A DNA stretch of 64,000 bases. Source: Macrostomum lignano. Lineage: Eukaryota. Positions within the stretch are counted from its first letter, which is position 1. Every line of letters begins with the position of its first letter. The translations under genes and the position numbers were made by a program. The stretch covers positions 186,001 to 250,000 of the forward strand of contig NIVC01000714.1 in the NCBI GenBank assembly GCA_002269645.1, given 5' to 3'. The notes beneath the pieces are model-generated. The model ran no database searches and had not been told where the DNA came from. It was given only the letters and a program-made list of their open reading frames with translations. Positions 36,567 to 47,335 of the stretch are shown piece after piece.

Positions 36567-38598
36567 TCACACCACGGTCGGCTTGCGGTACAGATGCTCG
36601 TGTGAGAAGTCCCTGTCGACCGAGTGGCCATCCTCCGTCGACCGATCCGGCAGCGTGGCGTCGCTGAGCCACTTCAGGAAAGTTTCTTTCACGACCTCGG
36701 CTGTCACAATGTCGCCAGAGTTCTTATTGACCACAGACAGCATGAAGTGACCGTCGGTGCGCAGAAAATCGCTGACAAATTTGGGCTCGTGTTCCCGGAT
36801 CCGCTGGAACCGTTCGGTTGGTTTCGGGTTCATGTCGAGGTTCTCGGCGATCTTCAGGTACTTCTTGATGGCTCGGTGCCGGCTCGGGCTGAGCAGCAGC
36901 TGCAGCAGCCAGCGGCTGGCGGACACGACGCTGAGGGTCAGCAGGATGACCACCCAGAACCAGATTGCAATGTAGAACTTCTCGTTCAGCATGTTGACGG
37001 GCAGCACGCACTGCAGGGTGTACTGCCGGGGCTCCCCAACACTCCTAGTCTCGAACTGGCAGTAGGTGACCCTGGGGAACACGTTGCTGCTCTGCCAAGT
37101 GCGGTTGTTGGCGATGTCGCTAAGAATCTGCAGCCCGAACGAGGTGATGTTGAGCCCCAGGAAGCTGCGCATGAGGTACAGCTGACCGATGCAGTTGGCC
37201 ACGTAGCAGGACTTTACGAAGATGTAGGTGAACGCGAAGTACATCGAGAAAGCTGGCTTGCCGGATAGGAACGAAGCGAAACGTTTGCAGCAATCTTTGT
37301 GTCTGTAGCGGCTCCTGTACCGAGTGAACTTGAGCAGCGAGTCTGAGACGAAAGCGATTTTTTTCTGCCTCTCGTCCGGCCCCGAGCTGTCAGCCTCAAT
37401 GTTGCGAGCCTGCAGTGCCAGTTGGCGCATGTCAATGCCGACATTCGTGCTGAGCAGTAGCCAGATGAGATGCGGCACGTAAAACAGAGCCGCCTGCGCC
37501 ATCAGGATGAATGGCACCCACTGGTAGTAGTCTGTGCGGCGTGTTGCAATTGGATTTGTTTTTGGTTATTGTCGTACATTTCTAGATCTCACGGAGACAC
37601 ATGGTGAGTTTGTTAGTGTTTGGGGGATAAGAAATTAGGGGTTTGGGGAAGTTTGGAGAGTAGGAAAGGAAGGAAAGGAAAGTGGGGGTAGGAAAGTGCG
37701 CTTTTCAGGGGTTAGGAAGGTGGGGTTTTCAAGGGGTTGGAAAGTGGGGTTTTCAAGGGGTAGGAAACTGGGGTATTGAGGTGTAGGAAAGTGCGGTTTT
37801 CAGGGGTTAGGAAGTTGGGATTTTCAAGGGGTTGGAAAGTGGGGTTTTCAAGGGGTAGGAAACTGGGGTATTGAGGTGTAGGAAAGTGCGGTTTTCAGGG
37901 GTTAGGAAGTTGGAGCTTTCAAGGGGTTGGAAAGTGGGGTTTTCAAGGGGTAGGAAACTGGGGTATTGAGGGGTAGGAAAGTGCGGTTTTCAGGGGTTAG
38001 GAAGTTGGGATTTTCAAGGGGTTGGAAAGTGGGGTTTTCAAGGGGTAGGAAACTGGGGTATTGAGGGGTAGGAAAGTGCGGTTTTCAGGGGTTAGGAAGT
38101 TGGGATTTTCAAGGGGTTGGAAAGTGGGGTTTTCAAGGGGTAGGAAACTGGGGTATTGAGGGGTAGGAAAGTGCGGTTTTCAGGGGTTAGGAAGTTGGAG
38201 CTTTCAAGGGGTTGGAAAGTGGGGTTTTCAGAGGGTAGGAACTTTTGGCTAATTTAAGTTACCAAAGAAAGTACACACAATTAGGGCAGCTCACATATGG
38301 TTCGGCCTTCGCCAGGATTTTTGCCGTGATGAATTGGCACAGTTGGGTCGTAATAAAATGTGTTCTCCACCCAGCAGTAGTTCTCCGCGTACTCCATTCT
38401 GTCGTTGTCCAGTTCTTTGAGATTCCAGCACTGGATGGGCTCGAAGACGTACTGCTTCATGCCGACCACGGTGGCAATTGCAAGCAACAGGGCTGGGGTG
38501 ACCACGTAGTTGAGCCGGTCGAAGTAATCTTCGGCACCTTTGGGAGTAGCCTTGGCTGATCCCGCCAGCTTGCGAAAGCTGTCGATGTAGCCGTCCAT
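36567..38598 (-). CDS. Innexin (2 exons, 422 aa)
   Basis: Exons 38598-38295 and 37531-36567 join in phase to give IYYYQWVPFILMAQAALFYVP. Also EPIQCW, YAENYCWVENT, FPRVTYC and CVLPVNMLNEKFYIAIWFW. Confidence 0.97.
37670..38240. repeat. G-rich minisatellite (about 21-22-bp monomers with higher-order period) in the innexin intron
   Basis: Recurrent GGGGTTAGGAAGTTGGG, GGGGTTGGAAAGTGGGG and GGGGTAGGAAACTGGGG blocks. Confidence 0.93.
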
Positions 38599-38691
38599 TG
38601 CGGGCTAGTGATGATGCTGACGAACTTCACCTGCTTGATGAAGATGATCAGAGATTGGGCAAAATAATCAATTTTCATGTAGATGCCGTAT

Positions 38692-39143
38692 GTGCTTGGA
38701 CTCAACCGCAGGGACATCAGGGCGGTGACCATGGCCCTCTCGGGTCATGGCTGTTTTGCCATTCATCGTCACCTCCAAGAAAAAAAAGTGCGAGGAATTC
38801 TCATTCTGCCTCTCCGGTGTCGAGAATGCGGAGCACTTCATCTGTGAATGCCCCGCCGTTACTCAGGACAGGCTCAACTACCTCGGCCCAAACCCGGACC
38901 TCTCCGACGTTTTCAGGCCCGAGAATCTCTGCCAGCTCGTCCGCTACCTAAGGGCTACCGGGCGAACGATAATCCACCTCCTGGACTCTCCGGAGGGGGA
39001 CCGCGCTGCGGACACCGGCACCACCGGAACTCCCTGCGTGACACCGAAGCACCAGCTGCCTGTGGTCGCCAGGGGTTAGCGAAAGGGGCGGCAAGGCCTA
39101 CTCGCTGTTTCCGGACGCACGGAGCCCCCTGCAGCTAAGTCAA
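38692..39143 (+). mobile_element. 5'-truncated LINE 3' end (I/R1-like)
   Basis: Encodes [21 protein letters not shown] and [23 protein letters not shown], the TGH...CxxC...ETxxHxxCxCP C-terminal motif type of non-LTR elements, followed by the shared 3' tail. Confidence 0.85.
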
Positions 39144-39204
39144 TGTGCTCTGACCCTCTTACCTTGCTTAAATTTGGATGACTCACTTAGAGTACATTCA
39201 CATG

Positions 39205-40890
39205 AGCTTTCTTGGGAACTGGGGAAGAGTCACATAAAATTCCTTAGGAACTGGGTGAAGAGTCACATAAACTTCCTCAGGAACTGGGTGAAGAGTCACA
39301 TAAACTTCCTTAGGAACTGGGTGAAGAGTCGCATAAAATTCCTTAGGAACTGGGTGAAGAGTCACATAAACTTCCTTAGGAACTGGGTGAAGAGTCGCAT
39401 AAAATTCCTTAGGAACTGGGTGAAGAGTCGCATAAAATTCCTTAGGAACTGGGTGAAGAGTCACATAAACTTCCTCAGGAACTGGGTGAAGAGTCACATA
39501 AACTTCCTTAGGAACTGGGTGAAGAGTCACATAAACTTCCTTAGGAACTGGGTGAAGAGTCACATAAACTTCCTTAGGAACTGGGTGAAGAGTCACATAA
39601 ACTTCCTTAGGAACTGGGTGAAGAGTCGCATAAAATTCCTTAGGAACTGGGTGAAGAGTCACATAAACTTCCTTAGGAACTGGGTGAAGAGTCGCATAAA
39701 ATTCCTTAGGAACTGGGTGAAGAGTCGCATAAAATTCCTTAGGAACTGGGTGAAGAGTCACATAAACTTCCTCAGGAACTGGGTGAAGAGTCACATAAAC
39801 TTCCTTAGGAACTGGGTGAAGAGTCACATAAACTTCCTTAGGAACTGGGTGAAGAGTCACATAAACTTCCCTAGGAACTGGGTGAAGAGTCACATAAACT
39901 TCCTCAGGAACTGGGTGAAGAGTCACATAAAATTCCTTAGGAACTGGGTGAAGAGTCACATAAAATTCCTTAGGAACTGGGTGAAGAGTCACATAAACTT
40001 CCTTAGGAACTGGGTGAAGAGTCGCATAAAATTCCTTAGGAACTGGGTGAAGAGTCACATAAACTTCCTTAGGAACTGGGTGAAGAGTCGCATAAACTTC
40101 CTTAGGAACTGGGTGAAGAGTCGCATAAAATTCCTTAGGAACTGGGTGAAGAGTCACATAAACTTCCTCAGGAACTGGGTGAAGAGTCACATAAACTTCC
40201 TTAGGAACTGGGTGAAGAGTCACATAAACTTCCTTAGGAACTGGGTGAAGAGTCACATAAACTTCCCTAGGAACTGGGTGAAGAGTCACATAAACTTCCT
40301 CAGGAACTGGGTGAAGAGTCACATAAAATTCCTTAGGAACTGGGTGAAGAGTCACATAAAATTCCTTAGGAACTGGGTGAAGAGTCACATAAACTTCCCT
40401 AGGAACTGGGTGAAGAGTCACATAAAATTCCTTAGGAACTGGGTGAAGAGTCACATAAACTTCCCTAGGAACTGGGTGAAGAGTCACATAAACTTCCCTA
40501 GGAACTGGGTGAAGAGTCACATAAACTTCCTCAGGAACTGGGTGAAGAGTCACATAAAATTCCTTAGGAACTGGGTGAAGAGTCACATAAAATTCCTTAG
40601 GAACTGGGTGAAGAGTCACATAAACTTCCCTAGGAACTGGGTGAAGAGTCACATAAACTTCCCTAGGAACTGGGTGAAGAGTCACATAAAATTTCTCAGG
40701 AACTGGGTGAAGAGTCACATAAAATTCCTCAGGAACTGGGTGAAGAGTCACATAAAATTCCTCAGGAACTGGGTGAAGAGTCGCATAAAATTCATTAGGA
40801 ATTGGGTGAAGTGAAGAGTCACATAAACTTCCCTAGGAACTGTGGATGAGTCACATAAACTCCCTTAGGAACTGGGGAGCTAGGAGTCAC
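39205..40890. repeat. 33-bp satellite (GTGAAGAGTCACATAAACTTCCTTAGGAACTGG)n, about 50 copies
   Basis: Explains the 546-aa and 517-aa ORFs with an 11-aa period. Confidence 0.99.
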
Positions 40891-41329
40891 ATAAACATTA
40901 AGGCAACAAAATTTTGTAAAAGCTTAACATACGAACTGAGTGTGTAGCTGGTAACTCTAGTCATACCATAGTTCAATAAAAGCAGCTTTACCTCTGTGCC
41001 ACTGAAGTCGGACAGGATGTTGGACTCAAACACCCAAATGCGCAGAAACTGCAGAAAATTTCTTAATAAGAGAATTTGAGGCAAACGATCAGAAGCACAG
41101 ATCCTTTATGGGTGCAGCAGCTTATATGTGCCTAATTTTGCCTTTGGTGGTGTAGCGAAACAGCCACAGGCTATGGGCTGCCTATGCAGACTATATAAAG
41201 ATATACATTGCAGGCTTAATGTATAAACACACGGCCTCAGCCCCTCCGAGGCTTGGGGTATGGCAATGGCATCACCGAGTATCGAGTTTCCGATGCACAT
41301 TGCTTTTTTAGAATCTTCTTTGTAAAGCT

Positions 41330-41485
41330 CTGTAGCTGGCGCCCCCCTCTGTAGCTGGCGCCCCCTCTATAGCTGGCGCCCCCTCTGTAGCTGGCGCCCC
41401 CTCTATAGCTGGCGCCCCCTCTGTAGCTGGCGCCCCCTCTGTAGCTGGCGCCCCCTCTGTAGCTGGCGCCCCCTCTGTAGCTGGA
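41330..41485. repeat. 18-bp minisatellite (GCTGGCGCCCCCTCTGTA)n
   Basis: About 8 copies. Confidence 0.95.
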
Positions 41486-41487
41486 GG

Positions 41488-41772
41488 ACATCAGAAGGGA
41501 AAGCAGAGAGGGAACATCAGAGAGGTGACATCAGAGAGGGGACATCAGAGAGGGGGCATCAGAGAGGGGCGCATCAGAGAGGGGACATCAGAGAGGGGAC
41601 ATCAGAGAGGGGGCATCAGAGTGGGGCATCAGAGAGGGGACATCAGAGAGGGGGCATCAGAGAGGGGACATCAGAGAGGGGACATCAGAGAGGGGGCATC
41701 AGAGAGGGGCGCATCAGAGAGGGGACATCAGAGAGGGGACATCAGAGAGGGGGCATCAGAGAGGGGCATCAA
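41488..41772. repeat. 14/15-bp purine-rich minisatellite (CATCAGAGAGGGG[A/G])n
   Basis: Directly visible. Confidence 0.93.
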
Positions 41773-42289
41773 AGCTTAGATGATTCTAAAAAGCCATGTA
41801 GGCACAGCATTATAAGCAGAGCAGGTGTTGATGCTATCCAGTAAATAATGTGTTGCCACGGGACTGAACCCATTGCTTTTGAAGGACGATAGCTTTGACC
41901 GGATATGCCCATCGGTTCTGCTGCTAAAATATGCTAAGCTAAAATATAGAGATGACCACAGCAACACTGTTTTGCATTCGATCGCACAAGTAATTTCCTG
42001 TTTACGTGAAGCTGCACCAACTGCATTGCAATTTTGCAACGAACCTTTAAGATGCTGCTTTTTATTAGAAGTTCGAGATACAACAGTTGGTTTTTTAAAT
42101 ACTACTTACATAAGTAGCTTCAAATCATATTTGGAGCACCTTAATTATTATTTAAGAAAATTAGGACTCTATGAGTTTCTAGTATGAAAGAAAATCAATG
42201 AGTAAGCAAATAATCCATGAAAATCAATGACTAAGCAAATAATCCATGAAAATCAATGAGTATGAAACTCAACGTTAAATCGTATCTCT

Positions 42290-42790
42290 CCCCTCTCTCA
42301 CTCCAACTCTCCTTCTCTCCCTCTCCTCTCCCTTTCTTTCTCGTCCTCTCCTTCTCATTCTCTCCTAACCCTCTCCTTCTCACCCTCTTCTTCTCACTAT
42401 CTCCTTCTCACCCTCTCCTTCTCACCCTCTCCTTCTCACCCTCTCCTTCTCACCCTCTCCTTCTCACCCTCTCCTTCTCACCCTCTCCTTCTCACCCTCT
42501 CCTTCTCACCCTCTCCTTCTCACCCTCTCCTTCTCACCCTCTCCTTCTCACCCTCTCCTTCTCACCCTCTCCTTCTCACCCTCTCCTTCTCACCCTCTCC
42601 TTCTCACCCTCTCCTTCTCACCCTCTCCTTCTCACCCTCTCCTTCTCACCCTCTCCTTCTCACCCTCTCCTTCTCACGCTCTCTTTCTCACCCTCTCCTT
42701 CTTTCCCTTCTCTTACCCTCTCTTCACCCTCTCCTCACTCTCTCCCTCTCTTTCCCTCTCCTCGCACTACATCTCTCTCCTTCTCTCTTT
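42290..42790. repeat. Pyrimidine tract with a 14-bp unit (CTCTCCTTCTCACC)n
   Basis: Directly visible. Confidence 0.94.
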
Positions 42791-43099
42791 TCCCGCCTCG
42801 CTCTCAAGCAGCACAGGCCGTGCGAGCTGCACTCGCATTATCTGATGTTGACATTCGGCTGGATGGCGCGAAGCAGGCAAACTGATAAATAATAATTTTT
42901 ATTTCTGTATGAACATTCGAAATTGAAAAAGGAGGCTTCGAGCACAGGAAATGGAAAATCTGGGATTCATTAGCAGAGTTTGTTTCAAAGGCCGGTGAAA
43001 AATAACGGAATTAATTAGCAAATCGCAAATAGTTGGAAAAAGAAGGAGAAAGGTTTCGTACAGATATAAAGATTGAGAGATGAGACTGCGACAGAAAGC

Positions 43100-43585
43100 T
43101 TCTCGTCTCTTGTTTCTCATATCCTGTTTCTCATGTCCTGTTTCTTATACCCTGTTTCTCGTATCCTGTTTCTCATATCCTGTTTCTCATCTCCTGTTTC
43201 TCATATCCTGTTTCTCATATCCTGTTTCTCATATCCTGTTTCTCATATCCTGTTTCTCATATCCTGTTTCTCATATCCTGTTTCTCATATCCTGTTTCTC
43301 ATATCCTGTTTTTCATATCCTGTTTCTTATCTCCTGTTTCTCGTATCCTGTTTCTCAGGTCCTGTTTCTCGTCTCCTATTTCTTATATCCTGTTTCTCAT
43401 ATCCTGTTTCTCATATCCTGTTTCTCATATCCTGTTTCTTATCTCCTGTTTCTCATCTCCTGTTTCTCATCTCCTGTTTCTCATCTTCAGTTTCTCATCT
43501 TCTGTTTCTCATAAATCATTTTCTTATATCTCAGTTTCTCATAGATCGGTTTCTCATCCCCAGTTTCTCATGTTATATTTCTCAT
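43100..43585. repeat. 14-bp minisatellite (TCCTGTTTCTCATA)n
   Basis: Directly visible. Confidence 0.94.
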
Positions 43586-44338
43586 CGCAGAGCAGCGCAG
43601 CAAGAGTGCAGCAGATGTGCATGCAATAGCAAACAGTCGATAAGCGCTTAGCCTAAAACCCTTGGGGCTCGGCCTCTCTTTTTCTCAGAAAATAAAATGG
43701 TCTGAGATGTCGCATTGACGGTCCCAGACTCTCAGCATTGGCAAAAAGACGCACACAATGCTTGGGACATATCCTGTATATCCTTAATCCCTTTTTCGTC
43801 TCTTCCCCCACAGAGTGGTCAGCAGTTCAAGAAGGCTCAGTGGCTCACTCCCCCCCTTCTGGCCTGAGAAGCCAGGACCAGCTCAGAGCGATCTCGCTTC
43901 CGTCCCCCAATTTTTCCCTCTGTATGCCGAACTGAATAGTCATAGTTACTGGGAGTCCGATTTCTGGGGCGTTTTGGTGTGTCTGGGCAGGGAGTTCTAC
44001 AGCGAAACAGCCCCCTCAGAAATCAGTTACCAATCCAGATATCTATAGCTTGTGGCGTCCCTGGCAGTGCAGAGTGCGGGCGGCAGCGGCTTTGCTGCCA
44101 ATGAAGAAGTTTTCAGCAAAATCCTCAATCGATCGAAGAGCCACAAAAATTAGTCAATCCCCTATTTTGAGGCGTTCCCCCAATTCTGCCTCTTCCATAA
44201 CCCTAACGGAGTGTAGCAGCCCCGGCCGAAGCTGCAGAAATCTCCAAGTCTGCTTAATCCGAGGCGGATTAAGTCGGGCACGTTGCCAGGAGGAGGGGGT
44301 GCAAAGAAGGGCCGCCTCCCCAATAGGCTGGCAAAAAT

Positions 44339-44575
44339 TTTGGCGCCACCTTGACATCTGATTTGGCGCCAACTTGATATCTGATTTGGCGCCAACTTGA
44401 CATCTGATTTGGCGCCAACTTGACATCTGATTTGGCGCCAACTTGACATCTGATTTGGCGCCAACTTGATATCTGATTTGGCGCCAACTTGATATCTGAT
44501 TTGACATCGGATTTGGCGCCAACTTGATATCTGATTTGACATCGGATTTGGCGCCAACTTGATATCTGATTTGGC
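44339..44575. repeat. 23-bp minisatellite (ATCTGATTTGGCGCCAACTTGA[C/T])n
   Basis: Each monomer holds the palindrome TTGGCGCCAA. Confidence 0.94.
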
Positions 44576-44692
44576 AGGTACAGCAGGTTTGGCGCCCCTT
44601 CACAGCAGGTTTGGCGCCCCTTCACAGCAGGTTTAATGCCCCTTCACAGCAGGTCCCCTGCTCCCAATTTTAGCAGTTCCCCAACAACTACT

Positions 44693-45768
44693 CTGGCGCC
44701 CCTTGGTGCTGGCGCCCCTTGGTGTTGGGCGCCCCTTGGTGCTGGCGCCCCTTGGTGCTGGCGCCCCTTGGTGCTGGCCCCCCTTGGTGCTGGCGCCCCT
44801 TGGTGCTGGCGCCCCTTGGTGCTGGCGCCCCTTGGTGCTGGCGCCGCTTGGTGCTGGCGCCCCTTGGTGCTGGCGCCCCTTGGTGCTGGCGCCCCTTGAT
44901 GCTGGTGCCCCTTGGTGTTGGGCGTCCCTTGGTGCTGGCGCCCCTTGGTGCTGGCGCCCCTTGGTGCTGGCGCCCCTTGGTGCTGGCTCCCCTTGGTGCT
45001 GGCGCCCCTTGGTGCTGGTGCCCCTTGGTGCTGGCGCCCCTTGGTGCTGGCGCCCCTTGGTGCTGGTGCCCCTTGGTGCTGGCGCCCCTTGGTGCTGGCG
45101 CCCCTTGGTGCTGGTGCCCCTTGGTGCTGGCTCCCCTTGGTGCTGGCGCCCCTTGGTGCTGGTGCCCCTTGGTGCTGGCGTCCCTTGGTGCTGGCGCCCC
45201 TTGGTGCTGGCGCCCCTTGGTGCTGGCGCCCCTTGGTGCTGGCGCCCCTTAGTGCTGGCGCCCCTTGGTGCTGGCGCCTCTTGGTGCTGGCTCCCCTTGG
45301 TGCTGGCTCCCCTTGGTTCTGGCGCCCCTTGGTTCTGGCGCCCCTTGGTTCTGGCGCCCCTTGGTGCTGGCTCCCCTTGGTGCTGGCGCCCCTTGGTGCT
45401 GGCTCCCCTTGGTGCTGGCGCCCCTTGGTGCTGGCTCCCCTTGGTGCTGGCGCCCCTTGGTGCTGGTGCCCCTTGGTGCTGGCGTCCCTTGGTGCTGGCG
45501 CCCCTTGGTGCTGGCGCCCCTTGGTGCTGGCGCCCCTTGGTGCTGGCGCCCCTTAGTGCTGGCGCCCCTTGGTGCTGGCGCCTCTTGGTGCTGGCTCCCC
45601 TTGGTGCTGGCTCCCCTTGGTTCTGGCGCCCCTTGGTTCTGGCGCCCCTTGGTTCTGGCGCCCCTTGGTGCTGGCTCCCCTTGGTGCTGGCGCCCCTTGG
45701 TGCTGGCTCCCCTTGGTGCTGGCGCCCCTTGGTTCTGGCGCCCCTTGGTGCTGGCGCCGCTTGGTGCT
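44693..45768. repeat. 16-bp satellite (CCCCTTGGTGCTGGCG)n
   Basis: Explains the LVLAPLGAGAPWCWRP ORFs. Confidence 0.98.
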
Positions 45769-46194
45769 AAGCCAGACAGGATTTGCTCACATCCAGCCAG
45801 CGCATTGAAGCAGCAAAGAAATCTCCCTTTCAATCAAGACAAGCATTTTTCAGACAGCCATTAGCTGCTTGCAATATCTGTCTGGGAACTTGATTTAAAA
45901 TGGGTTCAGCCTTGACTTGGCTGCAAGAGCGCAAAGTGCTTGTGCATCTGGGCTGATCCAATTCCCCGATGAGGCCCCACACCGTGAGGGGTTAACGAGC
46001 GAGCGAGTGTAGAAATTGCATACCCAAATTCTGTAGCTGGCTGGTGAGCCCATGTCCCAGAGGGTGACTGGAAATTGATGAGGAGATGAGGACATTGAGC
46101 AAGATCACTTTACTCAACTCCCCCCTGACTCTCAGACATTCATGAGTAGAAACACAATACGAGAAGCAGTCACTTTCACTGACTTGAAATTTCA

Positions 46195-46365
<171 letters not shown>

Positions 46366-47335
46366 CTATCCATGATCCCAGCTCATGGGATTGTGGGATT
46401 CCCAATCTCACGCACCAGCAACCCAATCCCTAAAAGAGGCTTCCTTTTCGTAGCTATCGACCCCCAATGATACGCGACTTTAAGGGGAAAGCTGCAAAGC
46501 TCGGGAATGCCAGCGGACCGTTTATCAGTGATTAATCGGACCGAGTATAAAAGCCAGGGAAAATTCCGTCCCTCCGTCTGCCCTCGCCTCCTCCGATCTC
46601 CTTCTAGTTTTCAGTCCTATCGTGGGGATTTGGACGAACCCAAGGAGGCGTACGAACTTTGCAGAAGCAGCGGCAGCAGCAGCAACTACCGAAGCAGAGC
46701 TGGAGCTTCACTTCAAGAAGAGAGGAACATTAGAAGCCTTCTTCCTGAACAGAAGGGACAGAGCTTAGAAAGGCAAATAAAGGGGGCCCACCACAGGGAG
46801 GAGTGCGCGCGCAGAGGGACTACAGCCGAACCCAGAAGAGCAAACACTGCCCAAGCGGACTGACGCTAGGACCATCCCCCCCCCCACACACGCGCCAATC
46901 GGACGAGATTTCAGCCTTGAAATAGTGGATTGGAGGCGAGGTGTAGTCTGCCTGCGCCGGGGTTGGGATATTTTGCCGGGCCAAGTTGCAGACTTTCCGC
47001 TCCGCCGGGCAAGCAGCCGCATAGCCGCTTCGCTGTCCCTCGGCAGCAGTTCCAGACCTTTTCCTGACCGACTGTCTGCGTCTCTTGCCTGCAAACAGAG
47101 GTGGGGGCCTGAATCCGGCGTGAACTCTTGGACTGGGAGAAAGTGAAAGGAAGAAAAGAACACAGGGCATATATTAGCAGGAGGGACGATGGCCAGTAGT
47201 GTCGGTTGTGGCTTGTTCGTGTCCAGCAGCTCTAGCAGGGTTGTGTGCAGCATTTCCGAACATCTGCCTGTCCAGCAGCAGCAACAACCGACTACAGCAG
47301 CAAGGTAATTACTGTTTCTTCTATTGAAGGTAAAC

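Noticed and set aside
39174-40814. 546-aa and 517-aa repeat proteins on both strands
   Set aside because: A 33-bp satellite open on both strands; no unique coding sequence.
44636-45864. Collagen- or elastin-like GAGAP ORFs
   Set aside because: A 16-bp satellite read in several frames.
47190-47335. Upstream ATG exon extending the DEG/ENaC N-terminus
   Set aside because: The donor AAG|GTAATT is phase 2 and neither nearby acceptor restores the channel frame.
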